Below, in pieces: positions 20,461 to 30,159 of a stretch of DNA of 64,000 bases. The notes below the pieces were generated by a model. The model did not search any database. It was not told where the DNA came from and saw nothing but the letters and a program-made list of their open reading frames with translations. Origin of the DNA: Candidatus Binatia bacterium (GTDB lineage Bacteria; Desulfobacterota; Binatia; HRBIN30). The stretch is taken from contig JBBRSP010000023.1 in assembly GCA_038245295.1 (NCBI GenBank), forward strand, positions 1 to 64,000, given 5' to 3'. Both the position numbers and the translations under genes were made by a program. Every line of letters starts with the position of its first letter. Position 1 is the first letter of the stretch.

Positions 20461-21210
20461 TCAGCCTCCCGCTCCGACGCCGCGCCACTTGCGCGCTGCC
20501 AAAGACTGCAAGGTGAGAAACAGGAACAGGAGACTGAAGAGCAGGAAGAAGATGATGTCCTGCGTGTCGATCACGCCGCGCGCGAAATTGAGATAACGAT
20601 CGAACAGCGACACTTTGAGCAGGACCTGAATGACCTCGACATCGGCGACCGATTCGTTCCAGGTGATGTACCAGAAGACGATGAGGATGCCGTACGTGCC
20701 CATCGCGGCAACGACCTGGTTCTCGGTGAGCGATGAAACAAACAGGCCGACGGCGATGAACGCCGTGCCGAGAAGCAGCATGCCGAGGTAGGCCGCCAGG
20801 AATGGCCCGAGCTCGAAGGGGTAGAACTGGTAGAAGACGATCGGCCCGATGGCTGCCGGCGCCAACATGGTGACGAAGAAGATCCAGGCGGCAAGGAATT
20901 TCCCGCCGACGATATCGATGTCGCGTAGCGGGTAGGTCCACAGTAACTCGATTGTTCCCAGCTTCTTCTCTTCGGCGAACAGCCGCATCGTCACCAGCGG
21001 CAACAGAATCATCGAGCAGTAACGTACGTCGAGAAACACCTGCTGCCACAGGCCGCTAGGCAACACGTAGCCTCCGAACAGGATGAAGTAGCGCAGCCAG
21101 CTGTAGAAGAAGCCTCCCGTCAACAGCAGGAAGACGGAGAGCAGAACGTACGCGACGTACGAGCTGAAGTAGGAGCGTAGCTCACGCCGACAAACGACTA
21201 GGAATTTCAT
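20461..21210 (-). CDS. GldF-like ABC-2 permease
   Basis: RRELRSYF, TMRLFAEEKKLGTIELL, SSLTENQVVAA; six TMs. Confidence 0.9.
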   Translation of the reverse strand: MKFLVVCRRELRSYFSSYVAYVLLSVFLLLTGGFFYSWLRYFILFGGYVLPSGLWQQVFLDVRYCSMILLPLVTMRLFAEEKKLGTIELLWTYPLRDIDIVGGKFLAAWIFFVTMLAPAAIGPIVFYQFYPFELGPFLAAYLGMLLLGTAFIAVGLFVSSLTENQVVAAMGTYGILIVFWYITWNESVADVEVIQVLLKVSLFDRYLNFARGVIDTQDIIFFLLFSLLFLFLTLQSLAARKWRGVGAGG

Positions 21211-22159
21211 TGTGGTTCTGAGCTCCGGCTTCGGCATGGACCAAGCTGATGAAGATATCCTCGAGCGACAAGGTGACGGGGCGCAACTCCAGCAGCCCCC
21301 AGCCGGCGGCGGCCACCTCGCGCGCCAGCACCGCGCGGATATCGGTATCGGGTGTGGCGGTAATCTGAGCGATTGCGGTTCCGTGGCCTGAGTCGCCGAC
21401 CTCGATGCGCGCCACCCCGGCCAGGCCGGCGAGGCGTTGTTGGATGTCGGCGGCGGCGGCGACTACTTCGAGGTGGATCTGCGATGCGGCGCGCAGACGA
21501 TGGTTGAGCCCCGCCGGTGTGTCGACGGCGACGATCCTACCTTTGTTGATGATGATGACACGATCACATGTGGCTTCGACTTCGGAAAGGATGTGGGTCG
21601 ATAGGATGACCGTGCTCTCGCCTTTGAGGCCGCGAATGAGGTGGCGCATCTCGGCGACCTGCTCGGGGTCGAGTCCGGAGGTAGGCTCGTCGAGGATCAG
21701 TACCTTGGGGCGGCCGATGATCGCCTGGGCGATGCCGGTGCGCTGGCGGTAGCCTTTCGACAAGGTGCCGATCAGACGGTGGGCCATATGACTGACGCCG
21801 CAACTGGTCATGACCCGTTCGATCTCGCTCGCCTGCGAGCGCGAGGCGATGCCCTTCATCTGGGCGACGTAACGCAGGTACTCCCGCACCGTCATGTCCA
21901 GATACAGCGCGACACGTTCGGGAAAGTAGCCGACGATCTGCCGGGCTTGCAGCGACTGCGTCGCGACGTCGAAGCCGGCGACGCTGGCGTGGCCGGACGT
22001 CGGCGGGAAGACGCCGCAGAGGATACGCATGGTGGTGCTTTTACCGGCGCCGTTCGGGCCGAGAAACCCAACCACCTCGCCGGGCTCGACCCGGAACGAG
22101 ACGTCGGATATCGCGGTGAAGGCTCCGAAGCGCTTGGTCAGCCGATCCGCTTCGATCAT
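21182..22159 (-). CDS. GldA-like ABC ATP-binding protein
   Basis: GPNGAGKST, LSKGYRQR, ILDEPTSGLDP. Confidence 0.95.
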   Translation of the reverse strand: MIEADRLTKRFGAFTAISDVSFRVEPGEVVGFLGPNGAGKSTTMRILCGVFPPTSGHASVAGFDVATQSLQARQIVGYFPERVALYLDMTVREYLRYVAQMKGIASRSQASEIERVMTSCGVSHMAHRLIGTLSKGYRQRTGIAQAIIGRPKVLILDEPTSGLDPEQVAEMRHLIRGLKGESTVILSTHILSEVEATCDRVIIINKGRIVAVDTPAGLNHRLRAASQIHLEVVAAAADIQQRLAGLAGVARIEVGDSGHGTAIAQITATPDTDIRAVLAREVAAAGWGLLELRPVTLSLEDIFISLVHAEAGAQNHNEIPSRLSA

Positions 22160-22223
22160 GTGCGGCGCACTCTAGTGAAGCATCGTGACGGCCACAATAC
22201 GCTTGGGTTGGTCGACTTTGAAT

Positions 22224-22257
22224 GCGTTGGCTCGCAGCGGGCTTCGCGAGCCAACGC
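22224..22257. terminator. Perfect 12-bp stem hairpin downstream of the anti-sigma gene
   Basis: GCGTTGGCTCGC...GCGAGCCAACGC; no clear U-tract. Confidence 0.55.
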
Positions 22258-22269
22258 TGACGCGGCGGT

Positions 22270-22869
22270 CTAGATGTACTCGTCGTTCACCGAGGTCTTC
22301 GAAATGAACACACAGCCGTTTTGCGTCGTGATTCCCTCGTGCAGCGAGCCGATCTCAGATCGGCAGTAGTCGCCGCTATGCATGACGACACCGCTGACGA
22401 GCAAATCGCCTTCGAGGACGAAGATCTCTTCTTCCCCACCGTGTCGATGCTTCGGCACCACGGCGCCTGGGTTCATTCTAACGAGTTGGGTGTTGATGGC
22501 GCGTTCTGCGTCGTGCGACAGCAACTTCATTTCAACACCCAGCCCGGGAAGCTCGAGCCAAGGCAGACGCTGCGGCCGAGCGAAGTGCAAGCCGTCTTTG
22601 CTCAGGCTTGTCCAATGCGTCTGGTCGGCCGCCGTGGCTATACACTCGAGAACGCGCGTGCGCAGGAACCCACGCGGTGACTCTGGCGGCAGGGCGTGCG
22701 CCAATTCATTGGCGACCGCTTGAAAGCCGCGCAGTTCATCGCGGCAGGTTTCGCAGCCGCCTCCGAGGTGATGCTCAAACTCCAACGCGTCGTCCCTGTC
22801 GAGAGCGCCCAACGCGTAGAGCGAGGCTCGGTCACGAATGTCGTCGATTGAATGATTCAGGGTGTTCAT
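22270..22869 (-). CDS. ChrR-like anti-sigma factor (zinc-binding ASD + cupin)
   Basis: YALGALD...HHLGGGCETC, cupin HRHGGEEEIFVLEGD...H. Confidence 0.85.
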   Translation of the reverse strand: MNTLNHSIDDIRDRASLYALGALDRDDALEFEHHLGGGCETCRDELRGFQAVANELAHALPPESPRGFLRTRVLECIATAADQTHWTSLSKDGLHFARPQRLPWLELPGLGVEMKLLSHDAERAINTQLVRMNPGAVVPKHRHGGEEEIFVLEGDLLVSGVVMHSGDYCRSEIGSLHEGITTQNGCVFISKTSVNDEYI

Positions 22870-23543
22870 GCGGGGCCGCCTTGTAGCGCTCGGGGCGTTG
22901 CCGACATGTGCTGCAGGAGATCGCGCATGCGGATCATTCCGAGGCGAATTCTAGTCTTTACCGTTCCCAAGGGTTGTCCCAACCGATCCGCGATCTCGCT
23001 GTGACTGAGACCGCCATAGTAGGCAAGCTCGATGGCCTCGCGCTGTTCGTCGCTCAACTCCAACATGGCGCTGCGGACGAACCGCTGACGCTCGGCCTCG
23101 GATGTAGACGTCTCTGGGCCAGGCCTGCCGTCTTCGACATCGCCGGCCGACTCGAGTGGGTCGACGGCGCGTTCGCGGCGCCGGGCGCGGACAAAGTCGA
23201 TGGCCCGCGTGCGCGCCAGCGTCATCAGCCAGGCGGCGACACTGCCGCGTTGAGGGTCGAAAACCGAGGCTTGGCGCCATGCCTGCGCGTAGACCTCGAC
23301 CACTACGTCCTCCGCGAGATTACGATCACCGACGATCCGGTTCGCCAGGCTGTAGACCATGGTGCAGGTCAGGTCGTAGAGCTCGCTCATCGCCCTTTGG
23401 TCACCGCGCGCCACACGCAGCACAAGTGCTTCCCCCCCGGAGTCTAGTGGCTTGTTCGATGACACGTTCCGCACCGCCGCCGTGTCTACCACCGTCCGTT
23501 GCTGCGTCGCAACGGGCCTTCTCAGACGCAGGACAATCGCCAT
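22866..23543 (-). CDS. ECF RNA polymerase sigma factor
   Basis: AEDVVVEVY..AW, ARTRAID, LAYYGGLSHSEIA...PLGTVKTRIR; start uncertain. Confidence 0.95.
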   Translation of the reverse strand: MAIVLRLRRPVATQQRTVVDTAAVRNVSSNKPLDSGGEALVLRVARGDQRAMSELYDLTCTMVYSLANRIVGDRNLAEDVVVEVYAQAWRQASVFDPQRGSVAAWLMTLARTRAIDFVRARRRERAVDPLESAGDVEDGRPGPETSTSEAERQRFVRSAMLELSDEQREAIELAYYGGLSHSEIADRLGQPLGTVKTRIRLGMIRMRDLLQHMSATPRALQGGPA

Positions 23544-23657
23544 CCATTCATCCTCACCGAGGCCTACGATGGGTATCGGGGAAACGGATTCACAGAAACC
23601 GGCGTTCCCGTGCGAGGAAGACTGTGGTATCGGCCGTCGCCGCTAGCAGAGGAGCTT

Positions 23658-24809
23658 GTGTCGAAGCCAGCAATACAGGGAATCGTCCGTGCCGACGCAC
23701 TCGAGCTGATTCGCCGGTCCAGCGAACGCATCGAGACCGAGCGGCGTTTGCCGCCGGAAGTCGTCGATGTACTGCGACAGGCCGGCGTCTTCCGCTTGTG
23801 TGTGCCGCTCGCGTTGGGTGGTTTACAAGTGGCGCCGGCGGATCTGCTTTGCGCCATCGAGACCGTAGCGCAAGCCGATGGTTCGGCTGGTTGGTGCGTG
23901 ATGATCGGCGCCACGAGCGGTCTTGTCAGCGCCTTTGTCGATGAACCGACCGGGCGCGAGATCTACGGTGACGCCGCGACCATCTCGGGAGGCGTGTTCG
24001 CGCCGATGGGCCGGGCCAGCGTCGAGGGCGAGACCTACCGCGTCAGCGGTCGATGGTCGTTTGCCAGCGGCTGTCAACATTGTTCCTGGCTCATGGGCGG
24101 TTGCATTGTTGCCGGAGCAGCGCCGCTGCCCAATGGGGCGCCTGATATTCAGCTCGTCTTGTTCCCGGCCGCGGCAGCACGGGTGGTGGATACCTGGGAT
24201 GTCTCCGGGCTGCGCGGCACCGGCAGCCATGACATCGTCGTCGACGATCTGATTATCCCGCAGACGCAATCTCTGTCGCTGATCACCGGTCAACCGCATT
24301 ATCCCGGCCCCCTCTATGCGTTTCCCCTGTTCGGGCTGCTTGCCGCTGGTGTGGCGGCGGTTGCCCTCGGGGTGGCGCGGCGGGCCATCGAGGAGCTGAC
24401 GTTACTCGCTGGGAAAAAGACCCCGTCGGCAAGTCGCCGACGGTTGGCCGAACGCGCCATGGTTCAAGTGGATGTTGCGCGAGCCGAGGCGCTCGTGCTG
24501 TCGGGACGGGCCTTTCTCTTCGAAGCCATTGCTCAAGCATGGGATGCCGCCCGCGCCACCGGCAGGATACCGACGGAACAGCGCGCCCGTCTGCGTCTGG
24601 CGGCGACGAACGCGACGACCAGCGCTGCCCAGGCCACCGATCTGATGTACACCGCCGGGGGCGGTTCTTCGATTTACGCGTCGAACGCCTTGCAGCGCTG
24701 CTTTCGCGACGTGCACGTCGCCACGCAGCACCTCATGGTCAGTAGCTCAACCCTCGAGTTGGCGGGCCGCATCTTGCTCGGGTTGGAAACCGACACATCG
24801 CAACTTTGA
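23658..24809 (+). CDS. Flavin-dependent monooxygenase oxygenase subunit (acyl-CoA dehydrogenase fold, HsaA-like)
   Basis: [47 protein letters not shown] precedes the GTG. Confidence 0.88.
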   Translation: MSKPAIQGIVRADALELIRRSSERIETERRLPPEVVDVLRQAGVFRLCVPLALGGLQVAPADLLCAIETVAQADGSAGWCVMIGATSGLVSAFVDEPTGREIYGDAATISGGVFAPMGRASVEGETYRVSGRWSFASGCQHCSWLMGGCIVAGAAPLPNGAPDIQLVLFPAAAARVVDTWDVSGLRGTGSHDIVVDDLIIPQTQSLSLITGQPHYPGPLYAFPLFGLLAAGVAAVALGVARRAIEELTLLAGKKTPSASRRRLAERAMVQVDVARAEALVLSGRAFLFEAIAQAWDAARATGRIPTEQRARLRLAATNATTSAAQATDLMYTAGGGSSIYASNALQRCFRDVHVATQHLMVSSSTLELAGRILLGLETDTSQL

Positions 24810-24817
24810 GGTGACCG

Positions 24818-25603
24818 ATGGAATTCAAGACTCTGCAGCTCGAACGCCTTGGCCCGGTCTTGCGTGTGACGATTGCGCACCCGACGAGCCCTCTGAATGC
24901 CGTCGACGAAGCGCTTCATTCGGATCTGACCAGGCTGTTTTCGATGTTACGCCGCGAGACAGAAGCGCGCGCTGTGATTCTGACCGGACGCGGGCGCGCT
25001 TTTTCCGCCGGCGGTGACTTCAACTGGTTCCCTGAGTTGCAGGAGCCAGGACGTGCCGAGTTGCTGCGCCGGGATGGGAAGCAACTCATCTGGGACCTTC
25101 TCGACATCGAGATCCCGATCATCGCGGCACTCAATGGGCCGGCGATCGGACTCGGGGCTTCGATCGCGTTGCTCTGCGACATGATCTTCATGGCCGACAG
25201 CGCCACGATCGCCGACCCGCATGTGCGCGTCGGCATCGTTGCCGGTGATGGTGGCGCGGCAATCTGGCCACTCGCGGTCGGTCCAGCGCGTGCCAAGCAG
25301 TATCTTCTCACCGGCGATCCGTTGACCGCGGTAGAAGCCGAGCGCATCGGGTTGATCAACAAGGTCGTTGCCGCCGATCAGCTGCAAGCCGAAGCGTTGG
25401 CCTTTGCCGAGCGCCTCGCCGCCGGCGCGCCGTTGGCGATTCGCTACACGAAGCTGTCCGTCAATAAACTCGTCAAGGATGCGCTCAACGTCGCGTTCGA
25501 TACGTCGATGGCGTACGAGATCGTCACCTTCCAGAGTGAGGACCACCAGGAGGCATTGGACGCCATCAAGGATAAACGTGCCCCACGGTTCCGCGGCCGG
25601 TAG
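24818..25603 (+). CDS. Enoyl-CoA hydratase/isomerase family protein
   Basis: AFSAGGD, PIIAALNGPAIGLG, AERIGLIN. Confidence 0.93.
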   Translation: MEFKTLQLERLGPVLRVTIAHPTSPLNAVDEALHSDLTRLFSMLRRETEARAVILTGRGRAFSAGGDFNWFPELQEPGRAELLRRDGKQLIWDLLDIEIPIIAALNGPAIGLGASIALLCDMIFMADSATIADPHVRVGIVAGDGGAAIWPLAVGPARAKQYLLTGDPLTAVEAERIGLINKVVAADQLQAEALAFAERLAAGAPLAIRYTKLSVNKLVKDALNVAFDTSMAYEIVTFQSEDHQEALDAIKDKRAPRFRGR

Positions 25604-25684
25604 GGTCGGTTCGCGAATGCCCCGACGCGGCAAGGAGTCCTGAGGCAGCTCGCCGCGGTTTGACTCATCCTGCTCCTTCACCCT

Positions 25685-26845
25685 ATGGGCTACCGGATGA
25701 CTGACTCCGTCTATTTCACCGACGAACATCGCGCCTTTCGCGACATGGTGCATCGTCTGGTGAGCACCGAGCTTGCGCCGCACGTCGACGAGTGGGAGGC
25801 GCAAGGCTTTTTTCCGCGCCGTGTTTACGAACAATGCGGCGCCCTCGGCCTGTTGGGGCTGATGCATGACGAAGCGTACGGCGGCACGCCCGGTACTGAT
25901 CTGTTTCATCTCTTGATCCTGGCCGAAGAACTGGTCATCGCCGGCCTCTGTGGCAGCTTCGCCGCGAGTGTCCTCACCGCCTACATTGCCACGCCACCCT
26001 TGCGACGCTGGGGAACCGAGGCACAGAAGCAGCAGTTTCTACCACCAGTGATTCGCGGCGAATGGGTTGCGGCGCTCGGCATCACCGAGCCCGACGCCGG
26101 CTCGGACGTTGCGGGCATCCGTACCCGCGCCGTACGCGACGGCGACTTCTATGTCGTCAACGGATCAAAGACCTTCATCACCTGCGGAGCCGAAGCCAAC
26201 TATGTAACAACGGCGGTGCGCACGGGTGGGGAAGGGCACCGCGGCCTCTCGTTACTCGTCATTCCCACGGACACCCCTGGTTTTCGCGTCGCCCGACGCT
26301 TGGAAAAAATGGGCTGGCGGTCGTCGCAAACCGCTGAGTTGGCGTTCGAAGACTGTCGTGTGCCGGTCGGCAATCTACTCGGCCGCGAGAACGACGGCTT
26401 CAAGATGATCATGTCGAACTTTCAGGTGGAGCGCCTCATGCTTGCCACCTCGGCCTGGGCGAGCGCCGAGTTGGCACTGCAGCAAGCGCTATCGTATGCG
26501 CAGACCCGCCGCGCCTTCGGGTCGAAGCTCAGTGAGAAGCAGGTGATCCAACACAAGCTTGCCGCCATGGCCACTCAAGTCGATGTGGCGCGCGAGTACG
26601 TTCGGCGCGTTGCCTACCGTTACGTCCACGGTGACGACTGCACGAGCGAAGTATCGATGGCTAAGAACTTTGCTTATCAGGTGGCAGATTTCGTGATTGA
26701 CGAAGCTGTACAAATCCACGGCGGCATGGGCTACATGATCGGAACCGTGGTGGAGCGGCTCTACCGCGATAATCGAATTCTAGGCATCGGCGGGGGCACC
26801 AACGAGATCATGAACGAGATCATCGCCAAACGACTGGGCCTGTAG
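25685..26845 (+). CDS. Acyl-CoA dehydrogenase
   Basis: ITEPDAGSDV, NGSKTFIT, QIHGGMGY, GGGTNEIM. Confidence 0.95.
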   Translation: MGYRMTDSVYFTDEHRAFRDMVHRLVSTELAPHVDEWEAQGFFPRRVYEQCGALGLLGLMHDEAYGGTPGTDLFHLLILAEELVIAGLCGSFAASVLTAYIATPPLRRWGTEAQKQQFLPPVIRGEWVAALGITEPDAGSDVAGIRTRAVRDGDFYVVNGSKTFITCGAEANYVTTAVRTGGEGHRGLSLLVIPTDTPGFRVARRLEKMGWRSSQTAELAFEDCRVPVGNLLGRENDGFKMIMSNFQVERLMLATSAWASAELALQQALSYAQTRRAFGSKLSEKQVIQHKLAAMATQVDVAREYVRRVAYRYVHGDDCTSEVSMAKNFAYQVADFVIDEAVQIHGGMGYMIGTVVERLYRDNRILGIGGGTNEIMNEIIAKRLGL

Positions 26846-26854
26846 GCTCCGTAG

Positions 26855-27928
26855 ATGCAGTTGTCTGTCGATCAGATTTCCGCGCTGCTCGTGGGAACCG
26901 ATTTGTTCCAGGGCTTCCAGCCGACGACGCTGCGTCATGTTGCGTCGATCTGCCGGGTTGTCGAATTGGCCGCGGGCCAGGTGTTGTTTCTGGTCGACGA
27001 GGACGGATCCTCACTCTACGTCGTGGTCGACGGTATACTGCAGGTTTACCGCGGTGAGCGCATCATCGCGCAGATCCAACCCAACGAATACGTCGGCGAG
27101 ATGGCGTTGTTCGACCCGGGCCCGCGCAGCGCCTCGGTGCGTGCCGTGACGCCGGCCCAGGTGATCGAGGTGTCGCGCGACGTATACGACCAGTTTCTGG
27201 CTAGCGAACCGCAAACCTTGGTGGCGATGATGCGAACGATGACGCGCAGGCTGCGCAACATGCACGCCGACACCCAGGTGGCCTACGAACACGTGAATTT
27301 GCAGGTCCACGACATGCTGAATCTGGTCAACGTGCTTGCCAGCGCATCTTTGATCGAAGATGCCCTGCCGAAAGACGACGAAAACCAGCGCTTCGTGCGT
27401 ATGATTCTCAGCGTTCAGGAACGGCTGGCTCAGATGATGCGCGTCGCCCTGCAACGAGCCCGCGGCGCCAGCAAAGAGTATGTGAAGGCTCCGACGGATT
27501 TGGCCAATCTGGTGCACGAATGTGTCGAGCGTGATCTGGCTCTGCATCCCGACCTGGGGCACGTTCGTATCTCGATTGAAACCGCTCCCGCACTCCCGGC
27601 CTGTGTATGCAATGCCAGCGACGTGCGCCGCGTCGTCGAGAATCTGGTGATCAACGCCTCGCAGGCGGCACCCGGAGGCGACATCAAACTGGGGCTGACG
27701 CATGACGACGACATTGTCCGCTTATCGGTGCGTGATAACGGTTCTGGCATTGCCCCGGAAACCCTGCCGCGCATCTTCGAGCCGCATTTCACGACGAAGC
27801 CCTACGGCAATGGCCTCGGCCTCGCGTCCTGTCGGCAGATCATCGAGACGCTGCACGGCGGCCACTTGATCTGCGAATCGCAGCCCGGCCGCGGCACTAC
27901 GTTTACCTGCGAGTTTCCCAGATCCTGA
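26855..27928 (+). CDS. Cyclic-nucleotide-binding domain histidine kinase
   Basis: GEMAL..PRSASVRA; VHDMLN H-box; NLVINA, DNGSGI, FTTK, GLGL boxes. Confidence 0.88.
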   Translation: MQLSVDQISALLVGTDLFQGFQPTTLRHVASICRVVELAAGQVLFLVDEDGSSLYVVVDGILQVYRGERIIAQIQPNEYVGEMALFDPGPRSASVRAVTPAQVIEVSRDVYDQFLASEPQTLVAMMRTMTRRLRNMHADTQVAYEHVNLQVHDMLNLVNVLASASLIEDALPKDDENQRFVRMILSVQERLAQMMRVALQRARGASKEYVKAPTDLANLVHECVERDLALHPDLGHVRISIETAPALPACVCNASDVRRVVENLVINASQAAPGGDIKLGLTHDDDIVRLSVRDNGSGIAPETLPRIFEPHFTTKPYGNGLGLASCRQIIETLHGGHLICESQPGRGTTFTCEFPRS

Positions 27929-27937
27929 GCTGGACGG

Positions 27938-29218
27938 ATGGGAGTTGTATTCCCGTTCTACTGGCTGCTTGGTTGTGCGGCTGTCTGCCTCGTTGGCTGG
28001 CGGCGTCTTGGCACGGTTGCCTCGCCGTGGACGATCTTCGGCATTGCCCTGGCTGTTCGGCTAGTTCCGGCGTTGGTCGCAAGCACACCAAGCGGTGCGC
28101 TGATTCACTACGACCTCGAGTCGATGGACATCGTGGCGCGTCTGGTGCGACGCGGCGAGGACGTTTACGCGGCGACGGCGCGTTACCCCTATTTGCCGTT
28201 CCAGATGTATCTCTGGGCTGCGGCCAGTTGGTTGAGTGAACACGCGGGCTTGCCGTTCGAGGTATTGATCAAACTACCGTTGGCGCTCAGCGATGCTTTG
28301 ATCTGCGTGTTGATGTCGTCGTGGAATCGGCAACCCGCTGCCGGCGAACACGACCGCGCCGCACTGATCTATGCCTTCAACCCCGTTTCGATCACCGTTG
28401 CGTGTATCCATGGGCAGTTCGACTCGACAGTGATTGCCTTTCTGGTGGCCTCGATGCTGCTCGTGCGTCGCCGCGCTCGTCCGGCCTTCGCCGGCGCGGT
28501 CTTCGGGCTGAGCATCCTAGCCAAGCCGTGGCCGATTTTTCTCCTCCCGCTGGCCCTTTCGCAGCTCGGCCGATGGCGTCAACGCGCCGAGTTCGTCACG
28601 GGTGCCGGTGTCGTCATCTTGCTGGTAACTCTTCTCTATTGCGCTGTCTTCGCTGTCTCACCGCTGACCGTGGCGGGTCGAGTCGGAGGATACAGCAGCA
28701 TGGTTGGTGCTTGGGGAATCCCGCTGATTGCCAGTCGGATCGCCGGCGCCGGCATGGGAGCTATCTTCGCCGCGCACGGAGTCAGTGCGGAAATCGTGCT
28801 CCAGGTGGGCAAACTTCTTCTGTTGCTCCTGCTGGCGAGTGCCGGCATTTGGCTGCAGCGCCTGCCCATTGAGCGCGCTTGCTGCATCGTCCTGCTGGCG
28901 TTCGATGTCTTCACCTACGGCTGGGGTTTCCATTATCTCGCATGGGTCGTGCCCTTCCTGTTGCTAGCGGACCAGGGTGTCGCCGCATGGATCTATCTGG
29001 CAAGCGCGACCCTGTCGTTGCTGGTGGTGCTCTACGGGATGGGCGGCCTGGCCCTCATGCTGCCTGGCTGGCCCCTGGCGGTTACACATCCGGCGGCGGC
29101 GGCATTGTTCATGTGGAGTGCCTGCATTGTGGTAAGCCTCCTGCTTCTCGTCGAATGGTTGCTCGGCGTGCCTTCCCTCCGGCGCGGCGCCGAACTAGAA
29201 GTGCCGCCACGTCACTAA
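27938..29218 (+). CDS. GT-C fold membrane glycosyltransferase (GT87/PIG-M-like)
   Basis: YPYLP, YAFNPVSI...HGQFDS, KPWP; polytopic membrane protein. Confidence 0.75.
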   Translation: MGVVFPFYWLLGCAAVCLVGWRRLGTVASPWTIFGIALAVRLVPALVASTPSGALIHYDLESMDIVARLVRRGEDVYAATARYPYLPFQMYLWAAASWLSEHAGLPFEVLIKLPLALSDALICVLMSSWNRQPAAGEHDRAALIYAFNPVSITVACIHGQFDSTVIAFLVASMLLVRRRARPAFAGAVFGLSILAKPWPIFLLPLALSQLGRWRQRAEFVTGAGVVILLVTLLYCAVFAVSPLTVAGRVGGYSSMVGAWGIPLIASRIAGAGMGAIFAAHGVSAEIVLQVGKLLLLLLLASAGIWLQRLPIERACCIVLLAFDVFTYGWGFHYLAWVVPFLLLADQGVAAWIYLASATLSLLVVLYGMGGLALMLPGWPLAVTHPAAAALFMWSACIVVSLLLLVEWLLGVPSLRRGAELEVPPRH

Positions 29219-29233
29219 AGAGGAGACCAGCCC

Positions 29234-29536
29234 ATGGGAATCACCGTAGTCGCCAAACTGAAGGTGCAGGCGGGTAGCGAAGAGCAGTTTACGACGGCTG
29301 CCGCCAAGATGATCGAGTACGTCAAGGCCAACGAGCCTGGCACGCTGCAGTACATCCTGCACCGCGCCGATGGCGACGCCTCGACCTTCATGTTCTACGA
29401 AGTGTACACGGACAAGGACGCCATGAAGGCGCACAGCGGTAGCCCGGCGATGATGGAGTTGTTCGGCGCCATCGGCGGCTTGCTCGACGGCGCCCCCGAG
29501 ATCGCCAAATACGACGAGATCGCCGGCAAGAAGTAA
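29234..29536 (+). CDS. ABM-family (putative quinol monooxygenase) protein
   Basis: EPGTLQY, FYEVYTD..A..AH. Confidence 0.9.
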   Translation: MGITVVAKLKVQAGSEEQFTTAAAKMIEYVKANEPGTLQYILHRADGDASTFMFYEVYTDKDAMKAHSGSPAMMELFGAIGGLLDGAPEIAKYDEIAGKK

Positions 29537-30159
29537 TGTCAATTCGCGCCGTTATTTTTGACGTCGGCGGGGTGGTCGTGGGCTCACCGTTGCATGCGAT
29601 TGCAGGCTACGAACGTGACCACGGCATCCCCGCCGGGTTCATCAACCGGGTCGTCGTCGACACGGCGCCGCACGGCGCGTGGTCACGCCTCGAACGCGGC
29701 GAGCTCGACCTCGAGGCGTTCTACCCGGCCTTCGAGGCCGACTGTCTGGCGGGCGGGCAGGGCATCTCGGCGCGGCTGATGATGGAACGTGTCGCCGCCT
29801 CGACGGGGCCGCGTCCGCTGATGCTCGATGCGGTGCGGCTCATTCGCGAACGCGGCCTCCGTACCGGTGTGATCACCAACAACTGGATCGGCGAAGAGAG
29901 TGCCATGGCGCCACTAAAGCCGTTGTTTGATGTCTTCATCGAATCAGCGGTGGTGGGCATGCGCAAACCCGATCCGCGCATCTTCGAGATGACGTGCCGC
30001 GCCCTCGAGGTCGAGCCGACCGAGACCGTGTTCCTCGATGACATCGGCATCAACCTCAAGCCGGCACGTGCCATGGGCATGAGTACCATCAAGGTAGCCG
30101 ATCCCGAGCAGGCCCTCGCCGAGTTGCAGGCATTGCTCGGTTTTCCCCTAACCGTGTGA
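29536..30159 (+). CDS. HAD-family hydrolase
   Basis: FDVGGV, TNN, RKPDPRIF, FLDDIGINL. Confidence 0.92.
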   Translation: MSIRAVIFDVGGVVVGSPLHAIAGYERDHGIPAGFINRVVVDTAPHGAWSRLERGELDLEAFYPAFEADCLAGGQGISARLMMERVAASTGPRPLMLDAVRLIRERGLRTGVITNNWIGEESAMAPLKPLFDVFIESAVVGMRKPDPRIFEMTCRALEVEPTETVFLDDIGINLKPARAMGMSTIKVADPEQALAELQALLGFPLTV

